Source of the DNA: Sulfitobacter sp.
Lineage (GTDB): Bacteria; Pseudomonadota; Alphaproteobacteria; Rhodobacterales; Rhodobacteraceae
Direction of reading: 5' to 3'
NCBI RefSeq assembly: GCF_041552635.1
Contig: NZ_JBFEKM010000001.1
Span: 1-63,101 of the forward strand
Length of the DNA stretch: 63,101 nt
This document shows, piece after piece, positions 11,846-23,572 of this stretch; the stretch's first letter is position 1; each line of letters opens with the position of its first letter. The notes below the pieces were generated by a model, which saw only the letters and a list, made by a program, of their open reading frames with translations, did not search any database and was not told the origin of the DNA. Position numbers and translations under genes: made by a program.

Positions 11846-12703
11846 ATGTCGAAAATCACCCGCCCTTTACGCTCTGTCCTGTATATCCCCGGCTCAAAAG
11901 ACCGTGCCTTGGAAAAGGCGCGCGGACTTGCTGCTGATGCGATCATCTTTGACCTTGAGGATGCCGTTATCCCCGAAGAGAAAATCGCGGCGCGTGAAAC
12001 GCTGGCGCAAGCATTGACAGACGGCGGTTATGGCAGCCGTTTTAAGGTGATCCGCATTAACGGGCTGGACACGGAATGGGGCGCGGACGATGCCGCGGCA
12101 GCCGCCAAAATGGATTGTGATGCAATTCTTTTGCCCAAGGTCGGCAGCCCTGCCGATCTGGACGCGCTTGCCGCAATCACCGGTGACATCCCGCTTTGGG
12201 CGATGATGGAAACCCCCGGTGCTATGCTGAACGCCGCCGCCATTGGTGCGCATTCCAAGCTGCAATGCATGGTCATGGGCACCAACGATCTGAACAAAGA
12301 CCTGCAAACCCGTGTCCGCCCAGACCGCTTGCCACTGCTGACCGGTCTTGGCCTGTGCGTTCTGGCCGCCAAGGCGAACGGCATCGCGATCATCGACGGC
12401 GTGTACAACGCATTCAAAGACGACGAAGGCCACCGCGTCGAATGTGACCAAGGCCGTGACATGGGTTTTGATGGCAAAACGCTAATCCACCCCGCCCAAC
12501 TGGACGTGGCAAACGAAGCATTCTCCCCGTCAGAGGCCGAAGCAGACCTTGCCCGCCGCCAGATCGCAGCGTTTGACGAAATGCAGGCAACAGGTCAGGG
12601 TGTGGCAGTCGTGGATGGCCGCATCGTAGAGAACCTGCATGTTGCCACCGCGCGCGAAACATTGGCAAAACTGGACGCAATCGCGGCCCTACAAACGGAG
12701 TAG
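11846..12703 (+). CDS. mcl2: CitE/HpcH-family CoA-ester lyase, probably (3S)-malyl-CoA thioesterase
   Basis: RSVLYIPGSK, FDLEDAV, MMETP, GTNDL, GKTLIHP; position next to mdh and mch as in Rhodobacter. Confidence 0.78.
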   Translation: MSKITRPLRSVLYIPGSKDRALEKARGLAADAIIFDLEDAVIPEEKIAARETLAQALTDGGYGSRFKVIRINGLDTEWGADDAAAAAKMDCDAILLPKVGSPADLDALAAITGDIPLWAMMETPGAMLNAAAIGAHSKLQCMVMGTNDLNKDLQTRVRPDRLPLLTGLGLCVLAAKANGIAIIDGVYNAFKDDEGHRVECDQGRDMGFDGKTLIHPAQLDVANEAFSPSEAEADLARRQIAAFDEMQATGQGVAVVDGRIVENLHVATARETLAKLDAIAALQTE

Positions 12704-12707
12704 CCCC

Positions 12708-13265
12708 ATGATGGCACTTTTGATCCTCGGCATGATCCTTTGGGTCGGTGCACATTATTTCAAACGGCTGATGCCGGACCAACGCGCCGCCCTTGGCAAT
12801 AAAGGCAAGGGCGTGATTGCCGTGGCAATCGTGGCTTCGTTGGTGCTGATCATCATCGGCTATCGTGGCGCGGCCTTCATCAACGTCTGGTATCCGCCCA
12901 GCTTTATGACCCACATCAACAATCTGCTGATGGTTCTGGCCTTCTGGGTTTATGGTTCAAGCGCCGCCAAAGGGGCCAAAGCATGGCCCGCCTATAAAAC
13001 CCGTCATCCGCAACTGATGGCCGTCAAAATCTGGGCGGTCGCGCATTTGTTGGTGAACGGTGATCTTGCGTCGATCATCCTGTTCGGTGGCATGCTGGCT
13101 TGGGCCGTCGGGTCAGTCATTCTGATCAACAAGGCCGAACCAAATTGGACACCGCCCCCCGCCGCAGGCATGAAAACCTATATCCGCTTGGCCGTAATCA
13201 CGCTTGTGATGTTGGTCGTGGTGATCGGCATCCACACAATGCTTGGCGTCTCGCCCTTCTCATAA
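12708..13265 (+). CDS. NnrU-family membrane protein
   Basis: TRHPQL...WAVAHLLVNGD motif. Confidence 0.85.
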   Translation: MMALLILGMILWVGAHYFKRLMPDQRAALGNKGKGVIAVAIVASLVLIIIGYRGAAFINVWYPPSFMTHINNLLMVLAFWVYGSSAAKGAKAWPAYKTRHPQLMAVKIWAVAHLLVNGDLASIILFGGMLAWAVGSVILINKAEPNWTPPPAAGMKTYIRLAVITLVMLVVVIGIHTMLGVSPFS

Positions 13266-13280
13266 ACTGAAAGTATTCCG

Positions 13281-13484
13281 ATGAAACTTTACCGTTTCCT
13301 GTCCGAAGAGGACACGTCCGCCTTTTGTCACAAGGTCACCGATGCGCTGAACAAGGGCTGGGAGCTATACGGCACCCCCACCCAAACGTTTGATGCCGCC
13401 GCAGGTATCATGCGCTGCGGTCAGGCTGTCACGAAAGAAGTCGAAGGCACCTATACACCTGACACCAAGCTGGGGGCGCACTGA
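13281..13484 (+). CDS. DUF1737 family protein
   Basis: YRFLS..D.SAFCHKVT.AL.KGWELYG.P...CGQAV. Confidence 0.8.
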   Translation: MKLYRFLSEEDTSAFCHKVTDALNKGWELYGTPTQTFDAAAGIMRCGQAVTKEVEGTYTPDTKLGAH

Positions 13485-14521
13485 TGGTTGCAACGAAAAC
13501 AAACGCCGGTCGCTTCTTTGAAGATTACAAAGTCGGCCAGACCCTGCACCACGCGGTCCCCCGCACCGTAAAGGGTGGCGAACGTGCGCTATACCATGCG
13601 CTTTATCCAGCGCGTCACGCGCTTTATTCGTCTGACCAGTTCGCGCAAAGCTGCGGCCTGCCGTTCAGCCCGATGGACGATATGATCACCTTTCACATCG
13701 TCTTTGGCAAAACCGTCCCTGACGTTTCGCTAAACGCTGTGGCCAATCTAGGCTATGCCCAAGGCCGTTGGCTGGCACCGGTCTGGCCCGGCGATACGCT
13801 GCGGTCAGTTTCCGAAGTGATCGGCCTCAAGCAGAACTCGAACGGGAAAACCGGCGTCGTCTATGTGCGCACGTCCGGTTTTAACCAGGACGATACCAAG
13901 GTGCTGGAATATGTCCGCTGGGTCATGGTGCGCAAACGCGACGTCGATGCCCCCGCCCCCGCTGAAGTGGTCCCAAACCTGCCAAAAGCGCTCAGCGTCG
14001 GGCAACTGCACATCCCTGACGATCTGGACTTCAGCAACTACGATTTCACCTTGGCGGGCGAACCACATCGCTGGGGCGATTACGAGATTGGCGAAAAGAT
14101 CGACCACGTTGACGGCGTCACCGTGGAAGAAGCTGAGCACATGATGGCCACCCGCCTGTGGCAGAACACTGCCAAGGTGCATTTCGACACCTCTGCCCGC
14201 CCCGACGGGTCGCGGCTGATTTATGGGGGGCACGTGATCTCGATGGCGCGGGCCTTGTCGTTTAACGGGTTGGCAAATGCGCAGATGGTTGTCGGCCTGA
14301 ACGGTGGTGCACATGCGAACCCTTGCCTGTCTGGCGACACGATCCGCGCCTGGTCCGAAGTTCTGGACAAAGCCGATACATCCGCGCCCGGCGTAGGTGC
14401 GATCCGGTTGCGTCTGGTGGCAACCAAGGGCGGCGATCCGTTCAAGCTGAAGGGCGATGATGGCAAATACCTGCCCGACGTCCTGCTTGATCTGGATTAT
14501 TGGGCGCTCATGCCCAAATGA
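13484..14521 (+). CDS. mch: Mesaconyl-CoA hydratase (double MaoC hotdog fold)
   Basis: KTNAGRFFEDY, FGKTVPDVSLNAVANLGY, WQNTAKVHF, YGGHVIS. Confidence 0.88.
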   Translation: MVATKTNAGRFFEDYKVGQTLHHAVPRTVKGGERALYHALYPARHALYSSDQFAQSCGLPFSPMDDMITFHIVFGKTVPDVSLNAVANLGYAQGRWLAPVWPGDTLRSVSEVIGLKQNSNGKTGVVYVRTSGFNQDDTKVLEYVRWVMVRKRDVDAPAPAEVVPNLPKALSVGQLHIPDDLDFSNYDFTLAGEPHRWGDYEIGEKIDHVDGVTVEEAEHMMATRLWQNTAKVHFDTSARPDGSRLIYGGHVISMARALSFNGLANAQMVVGLNGGAHANPCLSGDTIRAWSEVLDKADTSAPGVGAIRLRLVATKGGDPFKLKGDDGKYLPDVLLDLDYWALMPK

Positions 14522-15231
14522 GGCAATTACTTTTTGCATTGGCGATACTCTTGCCGTCCGGAGCCTGTGCCGAAGAGGCCGAGGATAATTTTGTCTCTGC
14601 AAACCTTATTTCGATCTTTTACCACGAGATGGGACATGCGCTGATCGATATCATGCGCTTGCCCGTTTTCGGGCAGGAAGAAGACGCTGCCGACATGGCG
14701 TCGATCCTGTTTCTGGACAATACGTTTTCGGAACAAGACGCATTATCCATCGCCTATGACACCGCCTTGGGGTTGCACGCCGAATCCCGAAACGAGCCTG
14801 ACCCGAACGACACCGCATGGGGTGTTCATGGGGCCAGCTTGCAACGTTTCTATAATCTTGTGTGTCTGTTTTACGGGGCCGATGTCGACACGCGCGATGA
14901 TTTTGCCATCGACATGGGCCTGCCAGCCGAACGCGCGCGCACGTGCGCGCATGAATATCAACTGGCCGATGAAAGTTGGGGCCCGGTGTTTGACGAATTA
15001 TTTGATGCCGGCCCCGGTGCCAGCATGATCTATACTGGCAGTGATGACGGTTTTGCCCAAGATATCATCTTTACCGAAGTCGCCACACTGAATGAACTGC
15101 TGACCCTGCCTGAGGATTTGGAAGTCACGGTCGAGCCCTGCGGCCAGCCAAACGCTTTTTACGATCCCTCATTGGTCAAGATCATTATCTGCGCCGAATT
15201 TGAGCCGTATTTGCGTAAACTTGCCCGTTAA
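14518..15231 (+). CDS. DUF4344 putative exported metallopeptidase
   Basis: Signal peptide; HEMGHAL zincin motif; EEDAAD; CGQPNAFYDP. Confidence 0.8.
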   Translation: MRQLLFALAILLPSGACAEEAEDNFVSANLISIFYHEMGHALIDIMRLPVFGQEEDAADMASILFLDNTFSEQDALSIAYDTALGLHAESRNEPDPNDTAWGVHGASLQRFYNLVCLFYGADVDTRDDFAIDMGLPAERARTCAHEYQLADESWGPVFDELFDAGPGASMIYTGSDDGFAQDIIFTEVATLNELLTLPEDLEVTVEPCGQPNAFYDPSLVKIIICAEFEPYLRKLAR

Positions 15232-15282
15232 AACCAGGCGACAACGCGCCCAATTGGCTGATTCCCTGACCACATTTCAAAT

Positions 15283-15317
15283 TTTGTGATCACACGATAA
15301 ATACGTGTGATCACAAA
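15283..15317. promoter_or_regulatory. Operator GTGATCAC-N13-GTGATCAC upstream of sucC (AkgR-type site)
   Basis: Perfect 14-bp inverted repeat TTTGTGATCACACG-ATAAATA-CGTGTGATCACAAA. Confidence 0.85.
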
Positions 15318-15427
15318 TGTCGCTTTTGTTCGGAAAATCCTGTATTTCTAGAAAAAACTGTTTACCCAGTATCAAGACTCAATCGTATACCGCGATTTGA
15401 CTGGAACAAAAAACGGGACCGTTTTTC

Positions 15428-16621
15428 ATGAACATCCACGAATATCAGGCGAAAGCCCTCTTGCGCAGCTACGGCGCGCCAGTATCCGACGGTCGCGTCG
15501 TACTGAAAGCAGAAGACGCGAAAACTGCCGCTGGCGAAATGGACGGCCCTCTTTGGGTGGTCAAAGCCCAGATCCACGCAGGTGGCCGCGGCAAGGGTTC
15601 TTTTAAAGAAGCCGACGCTGGCGAAAAAGGCGGCGTGCGCCTGACGAAATCCGTCGAGGAAGCCGCCGAAGAAGCCAAGAAGATGCTGGGCCGTACTTTG
15701 GTCACGCACCAGACTGGCCCTGCGGGCAAGCAAGTGAACCGCATCTACATCGAAGACGGTTCCGGCATTGAAACCGAACTTTATCTTGCGCTGCTGGTTG
15801 ATCGCCAGACGGCACGCGTAGGTTTCGTCTGCTCGACCGAGGGCGGCATGGACATCGAAGAAGTCGCTGCGTCGACCCCCGAAAAAATCATCAGCTTTTC
15901 CGTTGATCCCGCGACCGGGTTCCAGCCTTTTCATGGCCGCCGCGTTGCCTTTTCGCTGGGCCTTGAAGGCAAGCAGGTCAAGCAATGCGTGACCCTGATG
16001 GGCCAACTGTACAAAGCTTTCACCGACAAAGACATGGAGATGCTGGAAATCAACCCGCTGATCGTTACAGACGGTGGTGATCTCAAGGTGCTTGATGCCA
16101 AGGTCAGCTTTGACGGTAACGCAATGTACCGCCACGCTGACATCGCCGAGCTGCGCGATACCACCGAAGAAGACAGCAAAGAGCTTGAAGCGTCCAAATA
16201 CGACCTGAACTACATCGCTTTGGACGGCGAAATCGGCTGCATGGTCAACGGTGCTGGTCTGGCGATGGCGACAATGGACATCATCAAGCTGTACGGTGCC
16301 GAACCTGCCAACTTCCTTGACGTTGGTGGCGGTGCAACCAAAGAAAAAGTAACCGAAGCGTTCAAGATCATCACCTCTGACCCGCAGGTCAAAGGCATCT
16401 TGGTCAACATCTTTGGCGGCATCATGCGCTGCGACGTAATCGCCGAAGGTGTGATCGCCGCAGTCAAAGAGGTCGGCCTGAAAGTGCCGCTGGTTGTGCG
16501 TCTCGAAGGTACAAACGTCGAGCAGGGCAAAGAGATCATCAAGAACTCCGGCCTTGATGTGATTGCAGCCGATGACCTGAAAGACGGTGCACAAAAGATC
16601 GTGAAAGCGGTTAAAGGCTAG
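15428..16621 (+). CDS. sucC: Succinyl-CoA synthetase beta subunit
   Basis: [36 protein letters not shown]. Confidence 0.98.
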   Translation: MNIHEYQAKALLRSYGAPVSDGRVVLKAEDAKTAAGEMDGPLWVVKAQIHAGGRGKGSFKEADAGEKGGVRLTKSVEEAAEEAKKMLGRTLVTHQTGPAGKQVNRIYIEDGSGIETELYLALLVDRQTARVGFVCSTEGGMDIEEVAASTPEKIISFSVDPATGFQPFHGRRVAFSLGLEGKQVKQCVTLMGQLYKAFTDKDMEMLEINPLIVTDGGDLKVLDAKVSFDGNAMYRHADIAELRDTTEEDSKELEASKYDLNYIALDGEIGCMVNGAGLAMATMDIIKLYGAEPANFLDVGGGATKEKVTEAFKIITSDPQVKGILVNIFGGIMRCDVIAEGVIAAVKEVGLKVPLVVRLEGTNVEQGKEIIKNSGLDVIAADDLKDGAQKIVKAVKG

Positions 16622-16645
16622 GGCATTAGGGTAAAGGACAGACCG

Positions 16646-16939
16646 ATGGATAATTCCCCTCGCACATCGCCTCTTTTGGCGGGCTTGGCACTGGTTGGCG
16701 CGGGACTTGTTCTGCGTCAGATACAGCCGTCGGTGTTGTCCTTGCCCGAACCCGACAAAGCGGATCGTAACGATCATGGTGTTCGCCGCGCCGCGCGCAA
16801 ATCGCGTGACGGTCTGGCGGGGCTGCTGCCCAAGAACCTGACAGGCTCTATCGGGCGGTCTCTGATGATCATGGGGCTTGGCCTTGTGACCATCCGCGCG
16901 CTTGATGCAATCGTTGATGACAAAGACGCGCTGTACTGA
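16646..16939 (+). CDS. Small membrane hypothetical protein
   Basis: AAGGA RBS; two hydrophobic segments; translationally coupled to the next ORF. Confidence 0.6.
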   Translation: MDNSPRTSPLLAGLALVGAGLVLRQIQPSVLSLPEPDKADRNDHGVRRAARKSRDGLAGLLPKNLTGSIGRSLMIMGLGLVTIRALDAIVDDKDALY

Positions 16940-17433
16940 TGCGATTAACCGCTTTCATTCTGGCCAGCCTTACGCTGGGCACCCCCGCATTGGCCCTCGG
17001 GCAGGACGCAGCAATTGCTGCGTTCAATGCGTGGTGCTTTAAGGCGGGCCAGACAGAAAGCAGCATCCGTGCCAATATGGCGCGCAGCGCGGGGTCACCT
17101 TTGCCCTTTGATCTGGTATTTTGGGACGTCTCGATTGAGCCCGTTTCCCAAGATTTGCCAAAGGGTGTTGAGCGGCGCTGTGAGGTCTCGTTCGAAGGGG
17201 ATCACACCGACGGGGCAATCGCGGGGCTGCGCAAGCAGATGGCGACCCCACCGGTTTTTGGCACAGTAATTCCGCTGCCCGACACACATCAATCCTTGGC
17301 AGGGACAGTCCTGATCGAAGGGCGCGAACTATTGGCGGGTCGTGTGGCCGTCGTGCATGTCGGGACACGGTATGGCAAAACCTTTATCGCTGTCGATCGC
17401 TTGTTCGACGGTCTCGGGGGCACCAAAAAATGA
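16939..17433 (+). CDS. Exported hypothetical protein
   Basis: Signal peptide (ALA), two Cys; TGATG coupling. Confidence 0.6.
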   Translation: MRLTAFILASLTLGTPALALGQDAAIAAFNAWCFKAGQTESSIRANMARSAGSPLPFDLVFWDVSIEPVSQDLPKGVERRCEVSFEGDHTDGAIAGLRKQMATPPVFGTVIPLPDTHQSLAGTVLIEGRELLAGRVAVVHVGTRYGKTFIAVDRLFDGLGGTKK

Positions 17434-17649
17434 CGGATAGCCTGTTGCGAAACCAACCTTTGCGGCCAACGTCAAACCATGGCCTGATAACCGTGACAGC
17501 CAAGCCTTCTCGCTACGGTCTGCGCATCGGTACGCAGGCCATTCACCCGCCCAAGTCAATACCATCTCAAAACGCGCCCAATAGGGCCGCGACTACCTAA
17601 ATATACCACGCACATCTTGTGCGTATTCATTGCAAGACAGGAGGGCCTC

Positions 17650-18537
17650 ATGGCCGTACTCGTAGACGAAAACACCAAAGTGATCTGTCAGGGCCTCACC
17701 GGCTCCCAAGGGACGTTCCACACAGAACAGGCAATCGCCTATGGGACAAAAATGGTCGGCGGCGTGACCCCCGGCAAAGGCGGCCAATCGCATCTGGACC
17801 TGCCCGTGTTCAACTCTGTCCACGAAGCGCGCCACGTGACCGAAGCCAATGCTACCGTCATCTATGTACCGCCCCCCTTTGCTGCGGATTCAATCCTTGA
17901 GGCGATCGACGCCGAGATGGAATTGATCGTCTGCATCACCGAAGGTATTCCGGTTCTGGACATGATGCGTGTCAAACGCGCGCTGGACGGGTCGAAATCG
18001 CGTCTGATCGGGCCAAACTGCCCCGGCGTTATCACGCCCGATGCTTGCAAGATCGGCATCATGCCTGGCCATATTCACAAGCGCGGATCCTGCGGCGTTG
18101 TTTCGCGTTCGGGCACGCTGACATACGAAGCGGTCAAGCAGACATCCGATCTGGGCCTTGGCCAGTCTTCCGCAGTCGGTATCGGTGGTGACCCCATCAA
18201 AGGGTCCGAGCATATCGACATCCTCGAGATGTTCCTGGCCGATCCCGAAACCCATTCGATCATCATGATCGGTGAAATCGGAGGCTCTGCCGAAGAAGAA
18301 GCCGCGCAGTTCCTTGCGGATGAAAAAAAGAAGGGCCGTTGGAAGCCCACCGCCGGTTTCATCGCCGGGCGCACAGCCCCTCCCGGTCGCCGCATGGGCC
18401 ACGCTGGTGCAATCGTTGCCGGTGGCAAGGGCGACGCGGAATCCAAGATCAACGCGATGCGCGAAGCGGGCATCGTTGTCGCGGACAGCCCTGCAACTTT
18501 GGGTGAAGCCGTCCAAGAAGCGATCAACAAAGGGTAA
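17650..18537 (+). CDS. sucD: Succinyl-CoA synthetase alpha subunit
   Basis: [30 protein letters not shown] (phospho-His). Confidence 0.98.
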   Translation: MAVLVDENTKVICQGLTGSQGTFHTEQAIAYGTKMVGGVTPGKGGQSHLDLPVFNSVHEARHVTEANATVIYVPPPFAADSILEAIDAEMELIVCITEGIPVLDMMRVKRALDGSKSRLIGPNCPGVITPDACKIGIMPGHIHKRGSCGVVSRSGTLTYEAVKQTSDLGLGQSSAVGIGGDPIKGSEHIDILEMFLADPETHSIIMIGEIGGSAEEEAAQFLADEKKKGRWKPTAGFIAGRTAPPGRRMGHAGAIVAGGKGDAESKINAMREAGIVVADSPATLGEAVQEAINKG

Positions 18538-18546
18538 TCCCTTAAA

Positions 18547-18573
18547 GTCGGGCAGGCATACCGCCTGCCCGAC
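18547..18573 (+). other. Intercistronic hairpin between sucD and sucA (no U tract)
   Basis: GTCGGGCAGGC-ATACC-GCCTGCCCGAC, 11-bp perfect stem. Confidence 0.6.
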
Positions 18574-18614
18574 ACACCACATCAATCCGTTGCGCTCTCA
18601 TTAGAGGTATCGCC

Positions 18615-21578
18615 ATGACCGACCACCCGCAGAACGACCAGTTCCACGATTCCTCTTTCCTTGAGGGGCAAAACAGCACGTATCTTGAAGCGATGTATGC
18701 GCGCTATGCCAATGATCCGACTGCGGTCGATGATGCATGGCAAGCGTTCTTCAAGGCGATGGATGATGATGGCGACGACGTAAAGGCCGAAGCCGCAGGC
18801 CCGTCTTGGGCGCGCAGCGACTGGCCCCCAATGCCGCAGGACGACCTGACGGCCGCCCTGACTGGTCAGTGGCCTGCCCCAGTTGAAACCAAAGCCGCTG
18901 GCCAAAAGATTGTCGATAAAGCTGCGGCCAAAGGCGTGGAACTCTCGGATGCGCAGGTGCAACGCGCTGTGCTTGACAGTATCCGCGCCTTGATGCTGAT
19001 CCGCGCCTACCGGATCCGTGGCCATTTGGCCGCTGACCTTGATCCGCTTGGCATGCGTGATGTCGGTGGCCAGCCAGAGTTGGACCCAGCCGCATATGGC
19101 TTTGGCCCCAAGGACATGGATCGCCCGATTTTCATCGACAACGTGCTTGGCCTGCAAATCGCCACGATGAAGCAGATCGTCGACATCGTAAAGCGCACCT
19201 ATTGCGGGACGTTCGCGCTGCAATATATGCACATCTCGAATCCCGAAGAAGCGTCGTGGTTGAAAGAGCGGATTGAAGGCTACGGCAAAGAAATCCATTT
19301 CACCCAGAACGGTAGAAAAGCCATTCTGAACAAGCTGGTCGAAGCCGAAGGATTTGAGAAATTCCTGCATGTGAAATACATGGGGACCAAGCGTTTCGGC
19401 CTGGATGGCGGTGAATCCCTGATCCCTGCGATGGAACAGATTATCAAACGTGGCGGCCAACTGGGCGTGCAGGATATCGTCATCGGCATGCCCCACCGCG
19501 GGCGTCTGTCCGTGCTCGCCAACGTGATGCAAAAACCCTACCGCGCGATCTTTAACGAATTTCAGGGCGGTAGCTTCAAGCCCGAAGACGTCGATGGATC
19601 GGGTGATGTGAAATACCACCTTGGTGCATCATCTGACCGCGAATTCGATGGCAATACCGTTCACCTGTCGCTGACCGCCAACCCGTCCCACCTTGAGGCG
19701 GTGAACCCCGTCGTTTTGGGCAAGGTCCGCGCCAAACAAGATCAGCTGAAAGATCCAAACCGGATCAAGGTTATGCCGATTTTGCTGCACGGCGATGCCG
19801 CATTTGCCGGTCAGGGTGTTGTGGCTGAATGTTTCGCACTGTCCGGCCTGCGCGGCCACCGCACCGGCGGGACAATGCACATCGTGGTGAACAACCAGAT
19901 CGGTTTCACCACCGCGCCGCATTTCAGCCGCTCCAGCCCCTACCCGACCGACAACGCTCTTGTGGTCGAAGCACCGATTTTCCACGTTAATGGCGATGAT
20001 CCAGAGGCCGTGGTTCATGCCGCCCGCGTGGCCACCGAATTCCGGCAGAAGTTCCACAAAGACGTGGTTCTGGACATCATCTGCTACCGCCGTTTTGGTC
20101 ACAACGAGGGCGACGAGCCCATGTTCACCAACCCGGTAATGTATCAGAAAATCAAAAAGCAAAAAACCACGCTCACGCTTTATACGGATCGCCTTGTCAA
20201 AGACGGGCTGATCCCCGAAGGCGAGATCGAGGATATGAAAGCCGCGTTCCAGGAAAAGATGAACACGGAATTCGAAGCCGGCAAAGAATACCGCCCCAAC
20301 AAGGCAGACTGGCTTGATGGCAAGTGGTCGCATCTCGATAAGGCGAAAGAAAAGAAATACCAGCGCGGCAAGACGGCAATTGCGCCCGAAACGATGGCCG
20401 ATGTTGGTAAGGCGCTGACCACAGCGCCCGATGATTTTCCGGTGCATAAAACGATCACGCGCCTGCTGGACGCCAAGGCCGAAATGTTCAAGTCCGGTGT
20501 TGGCTTTGACTGGGCCACAGCAGAGGCATTGGCCTTTGGGTCGCTATTGACCGAAGGGTACAAGGTTCGCCTTTCCGGGCAGGATTCGGCACGCGGCACG
20601 TTCTCGCAACGCCACTCGGCGCTGATCAACCAGGAAAACGAAGACCGGTATTATCCGCTGAACCATATCCGCGAGGGGCAAGCCGAATACGAGGTCATCG
20701 ACTCAATGCTGTCCGAATATGCGGTTCTGGGCTTTGAATACGGCTATTCTCTTGCCGAACCCAACGCGCTGACCCTTTGGGAGGCACAATTCGGTGATTT
20801 CGCCAACGGCGCTCAGATCATGTTTGATCAGTTCATCAGCTCCGGCGAAAGCAAATGGCTGCGGATGTCCGGCCTCGTTTGCCTGATGCCGCACGGCTAC
20901 GAAGGGCAAGGACCCGAACATTCCTCTGCCCGTCTGGAACGGTTCCTGACCATGTGTGGCGGGGACAACTGGATTGTTGCCAACTGCACCACGCCTGCGA
21001 ACTATTTCCACCTGCTGCGCCGCCAACTGCACCGCAGCTACCGCAAGCCGCTAATGTTGATGACGCCAAAATCACTGCTGCGTCACAAGATGGCCGTCAG
21101 CAAGACCGAAGAATTCACAACCGGGTCCAGCTTTCACCGCGTCTTGTGGGATGACGCCCAGCATGGAAATTCGGAAACCAATCTGGTGGCCGATGACAAG
21201 ATCAAGCGCGTGGTGATGTGTTCCGGCAAGGTCTATTATGACCTCCTGGAAGAACGTGATGCCCGCGGGATCGACGACATCTATCTTCTGCGCTTCGAAC
21301 AATTCTATCCCTTCCCTGCCCAATCCGCCGTAAAAGAACTGGAACGTTTCAAAAACGCTGAAATGGTCTGGTGTCAGGAAGAACCCAAAAATCAGGGGGC
21401 CTGGACCTTTATTGAACCCAACATCGAATGGGTTCTGGGCCGGATCGACGCCACACACACCCGCCCCGTTTACGCCGGGCGCGCCACAGCGGCCTCGCCC
21501 GCTACGGGCCTTGCCTCTCAACATAAAGCACAACAAGCAGCACTCGTTAACGATGCGCTGACCATCGAAGGAAAATAA
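18615..21578 (+). CDS. sucA: 2-oxoglutarate dehydrogenase E1
   Basis: [45 protein letters not shown]. Confidence 0.98.
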   Translation: MTDHPQNDQFHDSSFLEGQNSTYLEAMYARYANDPTAVDDAWQAFFKAMDDDGDDVKAEAAGPSWARSDWPPMPQDDLTAALTGQWPAPVETKAAGQKIVDKAAAKGVELSDAQVQRAVLDSIRALMLIRAYRIRGHLAADLDPLGMRDVGGQPELDPAAYGFGPKDMDRPIFIDNVLGLQIATMKQIVDIVKRTYCGTFALQYMHISNPEEASWLKERIEGYGKEIHFTQNGRKAILNKLVEAEGFEKFLHVKYMGTKRFGLDGGESLIPAMEQIIKRGGQLGVQDIVIGMPHRGRLSVLANVMQKPYRAIFNEFQGGSFKPEDVDGSGDVKYHLGASSDREFDGNTVHLSLTANPSHLEAVNPVVLGKVRAKQDQLKDPNRIKVMPILLHGDAAFAGQGVVAECFALSGLRGHRTGGTMHIVVNNQIGFTTAPHFSRSSPYPTDNALVVEAPIFHVNGDDPEAVVHAARVATEFRQKFHKDVVLDIICYRRFGHNEGDEPMFTNPVMYQKIKKQKTTLTLYTDRLVKDGLIPEGEIEDMKAAFQEKMNTEFEAGKEYRPNKADWLDGKWSHLDKAKEKKYQRGKTAIAPETMADVGKALTTAPDDFPVHKTITRLLDAKAEMFKSGVGFDWATAEALAFGSLLTEGYKVRLSGQDSARGTFSQRHSALINQENEDRYYPLNHIREGQAEYEVIDSMLSEYAVLGFEYGYSLAEPNALTLWEAQFGDFANGAQIMFDQFISSGESKWLRMSGLVCLMPHGYEGQGPEHSSARLERFLTMCGGDNWIVANCTTPANYFHLLRRQLHRSYRKPLMLMTPKSLLRHKMAVSKTEEFTTGSSFHRVLWDDAQHGNSETNLVADDKIKRVVMCSGKVYYDLLEERDARGIDDIYLLRFEQFYPFPAQSAVKELERFKNAEMVWCQEEPKNQGAWTFIEPNIEWVLGRIDATHTRPVYAGRATAASPATGLASQHKAQQAALVNDALTIEGK

Positions 21579-21580
21579 CC

Positions 21581-23104
21581 ATGACAAGCGAAGTACGCGT
21601 CCCCACGTTGGGCGAATCCGTTACCGAAGCGACCGTGGCAACATGGTTCAAAAAGCCCGGCGATAGTGTCGAAGTTGACGAAATGCTCTGCGAGCTGGAA
21701 ACCGACAAGGTCACCGTCGAAGTCCCAAGCCCGGTGGCTGGCACATTGGCAGAAATCGTTGCCGCAGAAGGCGAGACTGTTGGCGTTGACGCGCTGCTGG
21801 CTAATATTTCCGAGGGTGGTGAAAAGCCTGCCGCCAAGGAAGAAAAGCCTGCTGCCGAAGCCAAGGCCGACGCCCCCGCTAAGGGTGGCGACGCCGTCAA
21901 TGTGATGGTCCCGACCCTTGGTGAATCGGTGACCGAGGCGACAATCAGCACTTGGTTCAAGAAAGTCGGCGACACCGTCGAAGCCGATGAAATGCTATGC
22001 GAACTGGAAACCGACAAAGTCAGCGTCGAAGTACCTGCACCCGCCGCAGGCACCCTGACCGAGATCCTGTTCGAAGAAGGTGCAACCGTCGAGGCAAATG
22101 CCAAGCTGGCCATCATCACCGAAGGCGCAGGTGGTGCATCCGCGACAGAAGGCACACCTGAGACCACCACCAAGCCGGGCGGGCGCGATGCAGCGCCTTC
22201 GACGTCCTCGGGTGACACCGAAGACGCGCCATCCGCCAAAAAGGCAATGGCCGAGGCTGGCATCACACGCGATCAGGTTACCGGCACCGGCCGCGATGGC
22301 CGTGTGATGAAAGAAGACGTTGCCAAGGCTGTTGCTGCCGGTACATCTGCTGCGAAACCTGCCCCCGCTGCGGCACCGCGCGCGCCTTCCGCCCCGCAAG
22401 ATGCCGCGCGCGAAGAACGGGTGAAGATGACTCGCCTGCGTCAAACAATTGCCCGTCGCCTGAAAGACAGCCAGAACACTGCAGCGATGTTGACGACCTA
22501 CAACGAGGTCGACATGACGGAAATCATGGCCCTGCGGAACGAATACAAGGATCTGTTCCTCAAGAAACATGGTGTCAAACTGGGCTTCATGTCCTTCTTT
22601 ACCAAGGCCTGCATCCACGCGCTGCACGAAGTACCCGAAGTGAACGCCGAAATCGACGGTACCGATGTTGTGTACAAAAACTACGTCAACATGGGCATCG
22701 CGGCTGGTACACCTACAGGCCTAGTCGTGCCGGTAATCAAAGACGCACAGGACATGTCCTTTGCAACGATCGAAAAATCGATTGCCGAAATGGGGGCCAA
22801 GGCCCGTGATGGCAAGCTGTCGATGGCCGAAATGCAAGGTGGCACTTTCACCATCTCAAACGGGGGTGTCTACGGTTCGCTGATGTCCTCGCCGATCCTG
22901 AACCCGCCACAGTCCGGCATCTTGGGCATGCACAAGATTCAAGACCGTCCGATGGCAATCAACGGTCAGGTGGTTATCCGCCCGATGATGTACCTCGCGC
23001 TCAGCTACGACCACCGGATCGTCGACGGCAAAGGGGCCGTAACTTTCCTTGTGCGCGTGAAAGAAGCGCTCGAAGATCCCCGTCGTCTGCTGATGGATTT
23101 GTAG
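21581..23104 (+). CDS. sucB: 2-oxoglutarate dehydrogenase E2 with two lipoyl domains
   Basis: Two ELETDKV lipoyl motifs; GTGRDGR E3-binding motif; [10 protein letters not shown]. Confidence 0.97.
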   Translation: MTSEVRVPTLGESVTEATVATWFKKPGDSVEVDEMLCELETDKVTVEVPSPVAGTLAEIVAAEGETVGVDALLANISEGGEKPAAKEEKPAAEAKADAPAKGGDAVNVMVPTLGESVTEATISTWFKKVGDTVEADEMLCELETDKVSVEVPAPAAGTLTEILFEEGATVEANAKLAIITEGAGGASATEGTPETTTKPGGRDAAPSTSSGDTEDAPSAKKAMAEAGITRDQVTGTGRDGRVMKEDVAKAVAAGTSAAKPAPAAAPRAPSAPQDAAREERVKMTRLRQTIARRLKDSQNTAAMLTTYNEVDMTEIMALRNEYKDLFLKKHGVKLGFMSFFTKACIHALHEVPEVNAEIDGTDVVYKNYVNMGIAAGTPTGLVVPVIKDAQDMSFATIEKSIAEMGAKARDGKLSMAEMQGGTFTISNGGVYGSLMSSPILNPPQSGILGMHKIQDRPMAINGQVVIRPMMYLALSYDHRIVDGKGAVTFLVRVKEALEDPRRLLMDL

Positions 23105-23108
23105 AACA

Positions 23109-23136
23109 AAATCGGCGGGTGCAGGCCCGCCGATTT
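23109..23136 (+). terminator. Hairpin / probable intrinsic terminator after sucB
   Basis: AATCGGCGGG-TGCAGG-CCCGCCGATT then T. Confidence 0.6.
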
Positions 23137-23173
23137 AACACAATGGCGCATAGATGCGTCGAAAGGATACCTG

Positions 23174-23557
23174 ATGACAGAAACGACGATACTTGCCGCT
23201 TACGGCCTTCTCGTACTGCTGACGCTCCTTTTGCAGGTCATCGGCGGGATGCAGCAGCTCAGCCTCGGCTACCTATTATCCTCTCGTGATGAAACGCGCA
23301 CCGTCACTGGAATGACGGCCAGACTTGAACGCGCGCTGAACAACTCACTCGTGGCGATGGCTCTTTTCGCACCAGCGATTCTGATCCTCGTGGTGCTGGA
23401 TAGAACCGGGTCCGCCAGTCTACTCGCTGCGCAGGTCTTCTTGATTGCGCGTATCGTCTACCTGCCTGTCTATGCGTTTGGCATCCCCGCCATACGCACG
23501 CTGGCATGGCTGACGGGCTTCGCTGCAACAGCTTTCCTGTACCTCCTCGCGCTCTAG
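23174..23557 (+). CDS. MAPEG family membrane protein
   Basis: RLERALNN, FLIARIVYLPVY..G...IRT. Confidence 0.8.
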   Translation: MTETTILAAYGLLVLLTLLLQVIGGMQQLSLGYLLSSRDETRTVTGMTARLERALNNSLVAMALFAPAILILVVLDRTGSASLLAAQVFLIARIVYLPVYAFGIPAIRTLAWLTGFAATAFLYLLAL

Positions 23558-23572
23558 CGGATCAAAAATAAC

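Noticed and set aside
15362-16777. Long antisense ORFs (for example 471 aa opposite sucC, 422 aa opposite selA, 377 aa opposite edd)
   Set aside because: Shadow frames of GC-rich, codon-biased genes with no protein motifs.
21581-22080. Internal duplication in sucB
   Set aside because: Tandem lipoyl domains are a normal E2 feature.
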